Shown: piece after piece, positions 1-9,800 of the stretch | How the letters are laid out: each line of letters begins with the position of its first letter | Position numbering within the stretch: the stretch's first letter is position 1 | DNA from: a virus | Taxonomy: Duplodnaviria > Caudoviricetes | Reading direction: 5' to 3' (one strand) | Virus record (IMG/VR): IMGVR_UViG_3300005805_009498 | Coordinates: 8,447-72,446 of that record | Length of the DNA: 64,000 nucleotides | Program-made: the position numbers and the translations under genes | The notes under the pieces: model-generated | Told to the model about the DNA's origin: nothing | The model's input: the letters and a program-made list of their open reading frames with translations, nothing else | The model's database searches: none

Positions 1-3000
1 TTGTACAGGTGGATTTGTCGTAAAGTTAAAAGATCCTACGCCCTGGTTTCTTGACAATATTTCAAACACTGCGTTCCATCCAGTGAATGTATCGTTTGCT
101 CCGGCCCCAAAGTTTATAGAGGATATAGTAGAATTAACGAAGTCATGTAGTTTAAACCCTATCTCGGAATTTATGTCCTGCAAAGGTGACAATAAAGTAT
201 TTACGTATTTTGTTCCTTTTATGCTGTAGATGTAAGTTCTTGTGTTTCCTTCCGAGTTTGTCTTGTTTGTTACGGTTGATACCTCTTTTTCTATTACAGA
301 CTTTGTGAGTTTGTCTATGTACTTGCTGTATCCTGCAAGGAACGTATTCTTGTTCTGCGAAAGATCTGTCTTTCCGCGTTCGTAAAATTCATCTAGCGCA
401 ATTTCTGCCTTAAATGCAGAAAGACCATCGATGGTTCTGGTGTATTTTGTAGTTATAGGTGAAAGCTTTTGTTCACCTTCATATGTTGCCTGTATATTTG
501 CCTCGGGACCGCTTCTTTTTGCAAGCTTTGCGAATCCTTCATTACCAAACTCTATGACAGCAAACTTTATTTTAGTAGTTGCTCCTGTGCTTGAACCGTT
601 GTTGTTGTTATTTCCCCCTTTGGTGTTCTCTTTTTCTACAAACCATTTTGAATCGTATGCCTTTTGCCCTGCTTGGAAAGTTCTAGGCTGTATTTTCTTC
701 AATTCAGTATACTTTCCTCCGTTTGTTCTTGGATCGTTTACGAACTCCTTGTTAAACAGAGCGTTCTTTTGTTCTGTTGTCAATCCTGCATAGGAGAACG
801 AACGTATTTCGTATCTTCCTACAAAGGTATCGGTGTTAATGTAATAGACGTTATAGTTTACTGTTGTGGTGGTTTGGGTATTTGTGTTTGTATTTGTTCC
901 TGTTCCGAGGTTTCCACTTCCTCCTGGGCCAAATTGATCCTGCCACATTGTTCCACCGTCTATTATGGAATCCACATTGAAGTTGTTATTTTTTCCTCCT
1001 CCTTGTGGGCCTTGGTTTCCTGTTCCTTGGTTTCCTGTTCCTTGGTTTCCTGTTCCTTGGTTTCCTGTTCCCTGATTTAATCTTGAAAGTCTCTCTATTT
1101 CTTCTCTTAAACTCTTTATAATGTCACTAAGTTCTTTTACCGATGATGACTGATTGTTTTTTGCTTCTTCCGCTAGTCTTTTTAGCTCTTCTTCCCTTTG
1201 TTTCAAAAGAGCATTTCTACGATCTAACTCGGTTTTTTGATCTTCCAACGATTCTACCTGATCTTCCAGGGTTTGTTGTTGTCCAAGCAGAGCAGTTTCA
1301 AGAGCCTTTAACGTTGATTCCTTGGAATTTAGTTGAGCCTCAAAAACGTTAAGACTGTTGCTTCTGGCATCAAGCGCAGACTCCCTATCCTTTACGGCAT
1401 TAAGTCTCGCTATGAATGAGTTGTTTCGTAGTTCTTCGATTTTGTCAAGAACTACCTGATAATTCTCTATTGCCTCAACGTTTCCTTTGTAGACCACCGT
1501 TTCTTCCCCTGTCAATCCATCCGGTATCACCTCTATTATCTCTAGATATTTCTTTTCTAGGGTGTATGGTTTAAGGTTGTTGTACACGGTTATAAGATCG
1601 TCCTTGGACTTCTGTGCCCAATCAGAAAATGGTATTGTAACCTCTTTTCCTCTAAGATCGCTTGCTATTTCTAGGCTTACCCTTGCTCTTACTATGTTCT
1701 TGTTTCTTACCGTTATGTAAAACTTACCAGGAAGATCCGATATCATTCTGGTAGCATCATTCGCAGGAACCCTAAATATGAGTTTTCCTGACTTTGTATC
1801 ATTTATTTGATTTGTTATGGCCGTTTCGTTGTTAGGGAAAGGCTGATACAGAGAATACCTGTACTTGTTTCCTGATCCGGTTTCAAAGATTATGTTTATC
1901 TCTTGTGCGCTAGAAAGATCAAGGGATTCTATGGAGTCCGGGGTAACCCTAAACACGTTAAACTTAAAATAATTATCGAACGGACTAACCAATACCACAG
2001 CTTCTGTTTGCCCGAACACTATGTCCCATTCGAACAGGTCTTCAGGTATAAACTGCCCAGACTTATCTATGAATAGTTTTCCCGTAGATACAGAGACATT
2101 ATTGTTTTCATAAAACGAAGGAGAAACTATCCTTTGAACTCTTATGTCCTGTTTTGGAACAGGAAGATTAAAAACGGGTCCTTCGGAAATTTTGTTGTAC
2201 ACCCTAAAAGGTATGACGTCTTCTCTAACATTTAACTTTAATCCGTTTCTTCCGAATTTTTTTGGTTCAAAAGAAGTCACTGACGCGGTACGAATTATCT
2301 GGCTTCCGTCTGTTTCGTTTGTAAGCCTCATCGTATAATCGATAGAAAAAGAAAACGCGGTATCGGAATTCTTCAGAATGGGTTTAAAAAGAGAAGGCTG
2401 ATCGAAATCATCGGTCTGTAAAATTACGTTACTGCTGCTGTACAGTTGAGAAAATCCAACCTGTTCCGAAACGGTGAGTTCGTGTATTACAACGTACTTT
2501 CCTCTGGTTTCATTTAGTATGGCTATGTAGTCCGATATGAAATTTTCGTCCCACGTAGGATAGTATTCAAAATAATCTCCGTTCTGTTTTATTACTGCAG
2601 CTAAATTTGAGAACTGATCCTGAGGTTCTATAGAAACATAAGAAGGTACCCCGGTTGTTAGATAATCGTAACCGTTTAGAGAGTTTACCTGTTCAATTTC
2701 GTAGAAATCAAACTTTATTAAGCCTTCTGTCAGGAATCCGTCGTTATCCGAAGTAAAGTAGTAAGCTATAGCGTCCTGTTTATCAGTTGCTGCGTTGTAT
2801 TCAGTTATCATGTCTGATAACGAAGGTATCAAAAACTCGACGTACTTATCGTAGTTAGCTCCGTTTATCACCATCGGTCTGGTGTTAAAAACTATGTAAT
2901 CGTCACCGTTAACATATGTCTGTAGAGCAACTCTTGTGTTCTTTATCCTGTTTGTCTCTGGGTAGGAAACGTCCAAAACAAATCCACTAGAGGAAGTAAA

Positions 3001-3354
3001 TGTATACCCAGATAAAATATGAACCCTTACCCTATCATAAGTAACGTTCCACTGTTGGGTAGGCGCATCTTCCGAAAGACTAGATACCTCAAACCTTTGA
3101 TCTGTGCTTAGATATGGTATAGGGACGTCCTGTTCGGTTCTAACCCATTGGTTTGCCCCGAGTTGCACAGACGATCTATCTAAAACGTTTCCTGTAGAAA
3201 GTTCGGAGTTGTTGTCGTTTAATACCTGAGTGTAACCCTGTATCGTGTTATCTATTATCGTAAACCCCGATGAACTGGTGTTTATCGTTGTATGTTCGTA
3301 CGTTATCTCTAATAGAGCGTAATCGTTTATCTTTACTAGTCTTGACTTAGGCAT
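1..3354 (-). CDS. Large putative virion structural protein, 3'-truncated by the window edge (at least 1118 aa); absent from the supplied ORF track
   Basis: I read it manually from ATG at 3354 (TGATG overlap with the upstream stop). MPKSRLVKINDYALLEITY... stays open through position 1. It contains a coiled-coil stretch (~1100-1450) and a GTGNQ repeat. Confidence 0.85.
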   Translation of the reverse strand, partial: MPKSRLVKINDYALLEITYEHTTINTSSSGFTIIDNTIQGYTQVLNDNNSELSTGNVLDRSSVQLGANQWVRTEQDVPIPYLSTDQRFEVSSLSEDAPTQQWNVTYDRVRVHILSGYTFTSSSGFVLDVSYPETNRIKNTRVALQTYVNGDDYIVFNTRPMVINGANYDKYVEFLIPSLSDMITEYNAATDKQDAIAYYFTSDNDGFLTEGLIKFDFYEIEQVNSLNGYDYLTTGVPSYVSIEPQDQFSNLAAVIKQNGDYFEYYPTWDENFISDYIAILNETRGKYVVIHELTVSEQVGFSQLYSSSNVILQTDDFDQPSLFKPILKNSDTAFSFSIDYTMRLTNETDGSQIIRTASVTSFEPKKFGRNGLKLNVREDVIPFRVYNKISEGPVFNLPVPKQDIRVQRIVSPSFYENNNVSVSTGKLFIDKSGQFIPEDLFEWDIVFGQTEAVVLVSPFDNYFKFNVFRVTPDSIESLDLSSAQEINIIFETGSGNKYRYSLYQPFPNNETAITNQINDTKSGKLIFRVPANDATRMISDLPGKFYITVRNKNIVRARVSLEIASDLRGKEVTIPFSDWAQKSKDDLITVYNNLKPYTLEKKYLEIIEVIPDGLTGEETVVYKGNVEAIENYQVVLDKIEELRNNSFIARLNAVKDRESALDARSNSLNVFEAQLNSKESTLKALETALLGQQQTLEDQVESLEDQKTELDRRNALLKQREEELKRLAEEAKNNQSSSVKELSDIIKSLREEIERLSRLNQGTGNQGTGNQGTGNQGTGNQGPQGGGKNNNFNVDSIIDGGTMWQDQFGPGGSGNLGTGTNTNTNTQTTTTVNYNVYYINTDTFVGRYEIRSFSYAGLTTEQKNALFNKEFVNDPRTNGGKYTELKKIQPRTFQAGQKAYDSKWFVEKENTKGGNNNNNGSSTGATTKIKFAVIEFGNEGFAKLAKRSGPEANIQATYEGEQKLSPITTKYTRTIDGLSAFKAEIALDEFYERGKTDLSQNKNTFLAGYSKYIDKLTKSVIEKEVSTVTNKTNSEGNTRTYIYSIKGTKYVNTLLSPLQDINSEIGFKLHDFVNSTISSINFGAGANDTFTGWNAVFEILSRNQGVGSFNFTTNPPVQ
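1011..1070 (-). repeat. Four exact tandem copies of a 15-bp unit encoding (GTGNQ)4
   Basis: cttggtttcctgttc at 1011, 1026, 1041 and 1056; in frame in the 1..3354 CDS. Confidence 0.95.
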
Positions 3355-4100
3355 CAGAAGTTAAATAAATTTATGCCGACATAAACGCCGACGCTTGGAA
3401 AAAATCCCGAACCCCCTGGAGTTATACCGTATCCTATTCCTCCACCCAACATAAGTGAGAATGGTCCTGAATTTCCCTTTACGAAAGATTTATCTGGGTC
3501 AATTACTGCACCCTCAAGATCGAAGTTTATTCCGGGAAAATCGGTTCTGGCAAATATTGAATAGCTTCCCTTCTCTTCTTTTATTCCTGTGTATATCTTT
3601 ACGTTCATCGAAAGATCGGAAAGTGTCGTTGATTTTGATCTCAACGAAATTTTGTTGTTAGCGATGGAAACCTCTGCGGGTAGAGATCCCTTGAACGATA
3701 TGGTATTTGAGCTATCGTAATTCCTATCGTATTTAAAGGAAACTGAGAAAGTGGAATCGTTTATTTTTTCCACGTCGTTATTTACAACAATGGTATCAAA
3801 AACAAACTTTGTTACTATCTTTGTTATGACCCTTACGTTTCCCTTTTGATTTTTCAGTTCCTGTGAAAGGTCGTCGTTTAGTTTCTTTAGGATTTCAATA
3901 TCGCCCATCAGAATCTTTCTCTCGTACTGTTCTTTTCCAAGCAGGTTCTTTACCTTTCTTGTTGTATCGATTAGCGCCTCATTGTTTTGATTGGCAACCT
4001 TTAGTTGCAACGCATTGGAACTGCACTGTTTTGCTGTAAACAAAAGAGCCAGAACCAATATGGCGATTGAAGCTATGTATGTTATTCTTTCTGTGTTCAT
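3354..4100 (-). CDS. Membrane-anchored coiled-coil protein with C-terminal amphipathic beta-strands; spanin-like candidate
   Basis: N-terminal hydrophobic helix ending in QC, a coiled coil, then a C-terminal GIGYGITPG...SVGVYVGINLFNF ending in Phe. Confidence 0.4.
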   Translation of the reverse strand: MNTERITYIASIAILVLALLFTAKQCSSNALQLKVANQNNEALIDTTRKVKNLLGKEQYERKILMGDIEILKKLNDDLSQELKNQKGNVRVITKIVTKFVFDTIVVNNDVEKINDSTFSVSFKYDRNYDSSNTISFKGSLPAEVSIANNKISLRSKSTTLSDLSMNVKIYTGIKEEKGSYSIFARTDFPGINFDLEGAVIDPDKSFVKGNSGPFSLMLGGGIGYGITPGGSGFFPSVGVYVGINLFNF

Positions 4101-4336
4101 TTTTCTGTAAGTACTGAGTTTATATCAAAAAGTATGTTACGTTCTCCGTATTTTTTTGTATAGTCGTCTATGAACCTTTTTTCTTTTTGCTTTATTTTTT
4201 CAAGCTGCAGTAGAGTTTCTTCGTTTTTCTTTTCTAACTTTTGTATCGAAGATAGGGTTCTTTCCAGCTTATCATTAATGACATTGTATTGCTTTATTAT
4301 CGATAACGCCTCTTCCCTTTCCTTGTTTGTCATCAC
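4097..4336 (-). CDS. Small coiled-coil hypothetical protein
   Basis: 79 aa, E/K-rich heptads, overlaps the genes on both sides by 4 nt. Confidence 0.7.
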   Translation of the reverse strand: MMTNKEREEALSIIKQYNVINDKLERTLSSIQKLEKKNEETLLQLEKIKQKEKRFIDDYTKKYGERNILFDINSVLTEK

Positions 4337-6867
4337 TTTACTCCTATAAGTTCAAAGTTAACCTGAGAATATACTATATTTATTCCTGCGTTCACTACTT
4401 GTAAGTTTACCATTGGATTTCCTGCCACTCCCATGGAGTTAAAGACAATATCGTCATACTGCGGGGAAGGATCTACACCTATTTGTTTTTCCATAATAAA
4501 TGCAACCTCTGCAATCTCGTTGAATCTAAGAGGAACTATCTCCGATGATTCTACCTTTATAATGTGATTACACAGTACGCTGTTAGTAGATACAGAAGCC
4601 GCACTGATATATTGTTTATTTCCCAAACTATCTATGACAAAATAATCGTTATCTATTCCAGTGTTTGGTGCAACATTTCCAACTGCGTTTACTGAAAGCG
4701 TTCCCTCATTGAATTGTGCTGGCGCAAATTCCCTTGTGTGAGTCGAAAGATACGAATATATCACAGGGGAAGAATAAGTGACATCTGTGGTATTGTAGTA
4801 GGATGAATAAAAGGGTTGTGAAGAGGTAGGTACAGTTTTTGGTAACGGTTGCGCCCAAGGAATGGTTGAATCGTACACCATTATTGCAGTGTGCACCGGA
4901 ATTGGCGATCCAAGACCAACAGTCGTCGGAGAAACATTTGGTCCAGCAAGCTTAACGTTCACGTATCCGTAAGCAACAACAGTAACACGATAAAACGCAA
5001 TCTTACCGTCGCTGCTTGTATTTGCTTTTACCTTATTTAAAACCGACGCGCGCAGTCTAGGAGTTATAGGATGTACGTATTGTCTTCCTGTTACGGTATC
5101 TGCTACGCTTATGCTATAATCTACACTTATTCCAGGTACTGTTATGTCGCTTACTGCGGGAGCAGGAGACTTAAAGTCAGGGAAATCGTATTCAAGCTTT
5201 GCGGTTTGGGTAATAGGATCTACCCCGATTTTATTTTGAACCAAAGGGACGTACATCACTTCCTTTTGATACTTATACGAGTCCGTGGCCCTTGACTGAG
5301 GCCACCCCCATGATGAGATTCTAGAATCTATTAAATTACTTCCCTTAGCCGGATTAATATCGGGTCTCCATGCCGAAGCCAGAATGTTTTTAAAGGGTTC
5401 ATAATTACCTTCGTTCTGCGCAACCGTTAAGTAGTCTGCCCCCCATTTCATCTGATTGTTTGCCCCAAGTCTGTTTGGAAACGCAAGTTGGTTTGATGGG
5501 TGTAACCAGTTCGATGAATACGTTATCCTGGATCCTAGGAAATTCATCAGCGTCGGGTACGATGCAAATACTGATGGATTAATGTCTAGATTTAATGTGT
5601 TTCCGCTTCCGCTTGCTATAAATTTATCGGTAAGATTTATATCAAGCGCGGTGTTTGGATTTGAGCTAAACTGTAAATTTGCTCCCCCGCCATTAACGTT
5701 AATATCTGTAAATGCGTATTGTAACCCTGTTCCTCCAGGAGGAGATGCGTTTATTACCAATGTATTTCCGGTACTTCCGGAAAAACTCACACCGGTTCCT
5801 GCTTGAAATATTACCGATGTCTGCGTGAAAGCGGTAGTTGGGCTAGACAACAACAACGTTGATGTGTCGACTAAAGTCGACATGCTAATTTGCGGGTCGA
5901 TAACCACCGGATTTTGTTGTAATGGAATCCAGTTTGAATCATAGAAATATTCAAAATGATCTACGTTCCACCTAAACGATCCGTTTCCGTAATCGGAGGA
6001 CGATTCGTTATTTGAAACAAATCTTACGACCCCTCCGATTATACCGGAGGTCTTTGTGTCAGAACTCGAAAACGAGCTTGTTCCTAATAGAAAGTATGGG
6101 CCATTAAACCCTGAATTGTCTGCAGGTTTGTTTATTACTGTACGGTCTGCCGAGAGATTAAATAATTGTTTATGTGTTGCATAATCGTCCCTCAGACCAA
6201 ATATGGATAGGGTTTCCTGTTCGTTTCCGTCCCAATCAGAGCTGATTACATATCCAGATTCTTCTGTCCATGTTGGATCAGGAAGATCCTCTCTTGCCGG
6301 TTGGTTTGCGAGTCGTATGTTGTTTCCTTCGCTAAAGACCTTAAGCTTATAGTTTCCTCCAACGTTTCCGTCCAATCCTGAGGCAGCTTCTGCGACATCT
6401 GTAGTGAGAAGCAGATTGTTTTGTGCTAAAAGGTTTAGTATGGTGTTACTGGTCCTCTTAAAAAACGGATCATCGGTTGTATCACCACCACCAGCTCCGG
6501 TCGTCGATCTAGTTAGTGTTCCAACCTTACTCCAAACACCAGCATTTCCAACATATTGATATATGTCAGAAGTAGACAAATCTATGTATAGATCCGAATT
6601 TGCAGGTGTAGGTAGTATATTACTTGCAGGACCCCCCGTTCCGGTATACCACCTGCTGCCTCTATCCCCCTTCACACCTCTTGCTCCTGGAAGACCTGGA
6701 GGCCCTGGAGGACCCGATATTCCAGGAAGACCGGTTAAACCCCTCTTTCCTGCTGGGCCTCCTCCTGCAAATCCTAGCTGTTCAAAGTTGTAGTTAATCT
6801 TATCAAATGCCTGTGCCAGACCATCGGAGGACTGTACAAGAAGCAGATTTATTGGGGTAGTTGACAT
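4333..6867 (-). CDS. Collagen-like tail fibre protein
   Basis: N-terminal fibre-anchor motif DGLAQAFDKINYNFEQL, then a G-X-Y run (GKRGLTGLPGISGPPGPPGLPGARGVKGDRG), then WYTGTGGP...DLYID typical of phage fibres. Confidence 0.75.
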   Translation of the reverse strand: MSTTPINLLLVQSSDGLAQAFDKINYNFEQLGFAGGGPAGKRGLTGLPGISGPPGPPGLPGARGVKGDRGSRWYTGTGGPASNILPTPANSDLYIDLSTSDIYQYVGNAGVWSKVGTLTRSTTGAGGGDTTDDPFFKRTSNTILNLLAQNNLLLTTDVAEAASGLDGNVGGNYKLKVFSEGNNIRLANQPAREDLPDPTWTEESGYVISSDWDGNEQETLSIFGLRDDYATHKQLFNLSADRTVINKPADNSGFNGPYFLLGTSSFSSSDTKTSGIIGGVVRFVSNNESSSDYGNGSFRWNVDHFEYFYDSNWIPLQQNPVVIDPQISMSTLVDTSTLLLSSPTTAFTQTSVIFQAGTGVSFSGSTGNTLVINASPPGGTGLQYAFTDINVNGGGANLQFSSNPNTALDINLTDKFIASGSGNTLNLDINPSVFASYPTLMNFLGSRITYSSNWLHPSNQLAFPNRLGANNQMKWGADYLTVAQNEGNYEPFKNILASAWRPDINPAKGSNLIDSRISSWGWPQSRATDSYKYQKEVMYVPLVQNKIGVDPITQTAKLEYDFPDFKSPAPAVSDITVPGISVDYSISVADTVTGRQYVHPITPRLRASVLNKVKANTSSDGKIAFYRVTVVAYGYVNVKLAGPNVSPTTVGLGSPIPVHTAIMVYDSTIPWAQPLPKTVPTSSQPFYSSYYNTTDVTYSSPVIYSYLSTHTREFAPAQFNEGTLSVNAVGNVAPNTGIDNDYFVIDSLGNKQYISAASVSTNSVLCNHIIKVESSEIVPLRFNEIAEVAFIMEKQIGVDPSPQYDDIVFNSMGVAGNPMVNLQVVNAGINIVYSQVNFELIGVK

Positions 6868-6870
6868 ATG

Positions 6871-9800
6871 TTATCTTCGTTTTATATTGAATGCTAGTAA
6901 TATCTGTTTTGTTCCATCTACCGGGATATCGAAATCGAACGACCTGGACTCCTGTATTCCTATGCTATCAACCATTTTGAATCCCTCGGATTCAGGAGAG
7001 GCTTCGATAGAAACAACCTCTGTCCGTGAAAAAGGTCTTTCGTAGACTTCGATGCTTTCCACGCTATAACGATACAACAGATTTCTGTTTATATATTCCT
7101 TAGATATTTCATATGGGCTCAAAGTCGTATTTAATTCTTCCCATATAGAAGAAAAGAAAGAAAATACACCAGAGTTAAACAGGTGATCGGATATAACACG
7201 ATCGAAATCGATGTGTATCTTTAGTCCTGTTCCTATCGAGGAATAGAAAACGGCGCTTTCACTTGAGTTTGAAGGAACAGAAAAATCTAAACATGAATAT
7301 GTGTTGGTTCTAAAAAATGTAGGAACCGACATGCTCTTTGAAGCAAGAAAGAATTTGTGATCGACCGGGTCTTTTATTCCCTCTATTGGGACATCTACGA
7401 ATTCATCTTCTGCCATTACGTAAAAATCGGAGCCCCACACATCGGTTATAGGGGAAAAATTTCTCCTACCTATCGCATAAGGGAGTTTCAATAACTTTCC
7501 GTTCATGTTTATGGTTCCAAAATTCACTCCTTTTTCAGAGACACGCTTGTACCAAATGCTCAAAGGATTTACTTGTAAAACATATGTGTTGTATCCCTTA
7601 AATGAATTTAATACCTGTTTTGTGATAGAAACGTCTTCGGAAGCCGCAAAGGAAACAATGTTTTTATAGGATGGTTCAAACTCTCCATCCAACCTAAATA
7701 TGTTGGTGTTGCTTTCCCTTTCTCTTATATTCACGTTTCCAAACTCGTCTAGGTTGGCTTCTTTTATTTTTGTTGGCCTTATCACTGATGGGTTTAAATA
7801 GGAAATCTTTATTTTGCTTTTTGCCTCATCGGTGTTTAAGTTCACCAAGATGTCATCAAAATCCATAAGATTCATCCTAGAAATTATCGAGTTCGCTGTT
7901 ATGGAGTTAAGGGTATCCAAATATATCGGCCAATCTCCTATTGCGTATACCTTGGCTTTCTGGATGAATGTTGTTTTTCCTCCTATCGATATTACGTTGT
8001 TCTCAGAATAGTTTACGTATGTCACCGCTAAAGTTCTATCGACGTCGGATATCACTCCAAAAAAGTTATCCGAGTATATTCCATCTATAAATAGTCTTTC
8101 TTTTTGTAATTCTGGATCAAAAACCCCTCTGACCCTTGATCTTGGTATTACTATATCGATTTTCAGTTCCTGACCAGATCCAGAGAACACCGTTCCTGAT
8201 ACGATGTAATCGACGTTTGGAAAATACTTAACACCGAATATTTCTATGTCCTTCTGTCTATTATCGTATTTTATGATCTTGACGTTTTTGTATTGATATT
8301 GATTGTATTCGTTCTGGTCATCTCCTTCAGAAGGTGTATTTATTAAGACCGTCTCATCTTCATTGTAAGCCCTGTTTACCTTTGAAAACTCCAGAATATC
8401 GGATCCATACACCATCATTGGGCCGTATATCTTTCCGCTTTCTGTGTTTTCATAGTTGAACCTTAGATCGTACAACTGTTGAAGCGATATGGACCCATCG
8501 ATAGAATAGGAATCAACGTTAATTTGAACAAATAGTGTTAAAGTTTTCCAAACTTCGTTGTATATGAGGCTTATCTTTGAAGGTTTATCTAACTCGGGTT
8601 CTACCTGTAATATTGCGGCAAACTTTGAACCGGATATGTTTATTTTAGAATCGAAAACCAGAGGGATGCCCTTAAACGTGGTTGTATATCCTGTGTTTCC
8701 TTGCTCTATGGTGGTCCACAAAAATCTTTTTTCTCTCTGAGCACCGCCAGAAAACACTTCTTCGCCATATCCAACGGTGAGATAGTCTGTAAAATAGTCG
8801 TATGTAGTGGACTTAAGGTCATCGATACTTATCCTTTTTCCGATGTACTCGTAGGTTTTTTCTACCTCTTGCAAAGGATAAAATTTTGGCCACCCGGATA
8901 TGAGATACCAATCCAACGAAAACGCTGTTTTTGAGATCCCAGATTCCGTTGCGTTAACAAACATATCGTATGGTAATAGATTAGGATCAACGTTTATAAG
9001 ATATGGAGCCATATCGACATTAACCGTATTTCTTCTCTTCCATCTTCCCGATGTATTTTCTAGCTTATTATTTACAGACTGTGTTGAGGTTGCAAAATTT
9101 GTTATTGAAGTTTCTTCCGTAATCCCGTTAAAACCCAATTCTATCGGATCTGATTCAGGCTGAGCAGATTGATCATCCGATTCTATGACAACACTGTAGG
9201 TTCCTTGCTCAAGATTCGTTGTGTATCTGTAGTCTAGATGGTCGTCATCAATCGGAAGAATTGTTGTATAAACATAGGTGCCAGAATTGGAAGTCTTGTC
9301 AATGTTTTGTTGTCCAAGTTTATTAAATGCAAAAGAAACAAGTCGTTTTATTTCAGAAAATACCCTCAACCTTTTTTCATCTGCCGGTAATTGGTACATG
9401 AAAGAAATCAACGCGTTCATAACGGCCTGTAGGTCAAACCCTCCTCCAGCAGATCCAACTGGAGGTTTTCCATAGACTATGTCAACCGACCACATTTCAG
9501 AAGCGTTATAGTCATAATTTAAAAAGTAGTCGCTTATATAGAAGTCTGTGGTGGTTGTAACAGTCGGATAGGATATTTGATAATCGACCCATTGCTTATC
9601 CTTGTTTAGATATTGGATCTTGAACTGATTAGGCGATTTTAAAATGTTCCATACAAAAGGAAACTGGGAATTTTCCACGACATTTGTACCCCTTTGTTTC
9701 CTCTTGTTCTGATCAAGAAAATCTGGTTCCTTTTGTGGGTCCCAATTTCTCCACTCGGTGTAAATGTTTTCGGCAATGTTTACCGATAGCTTTAGATTTT

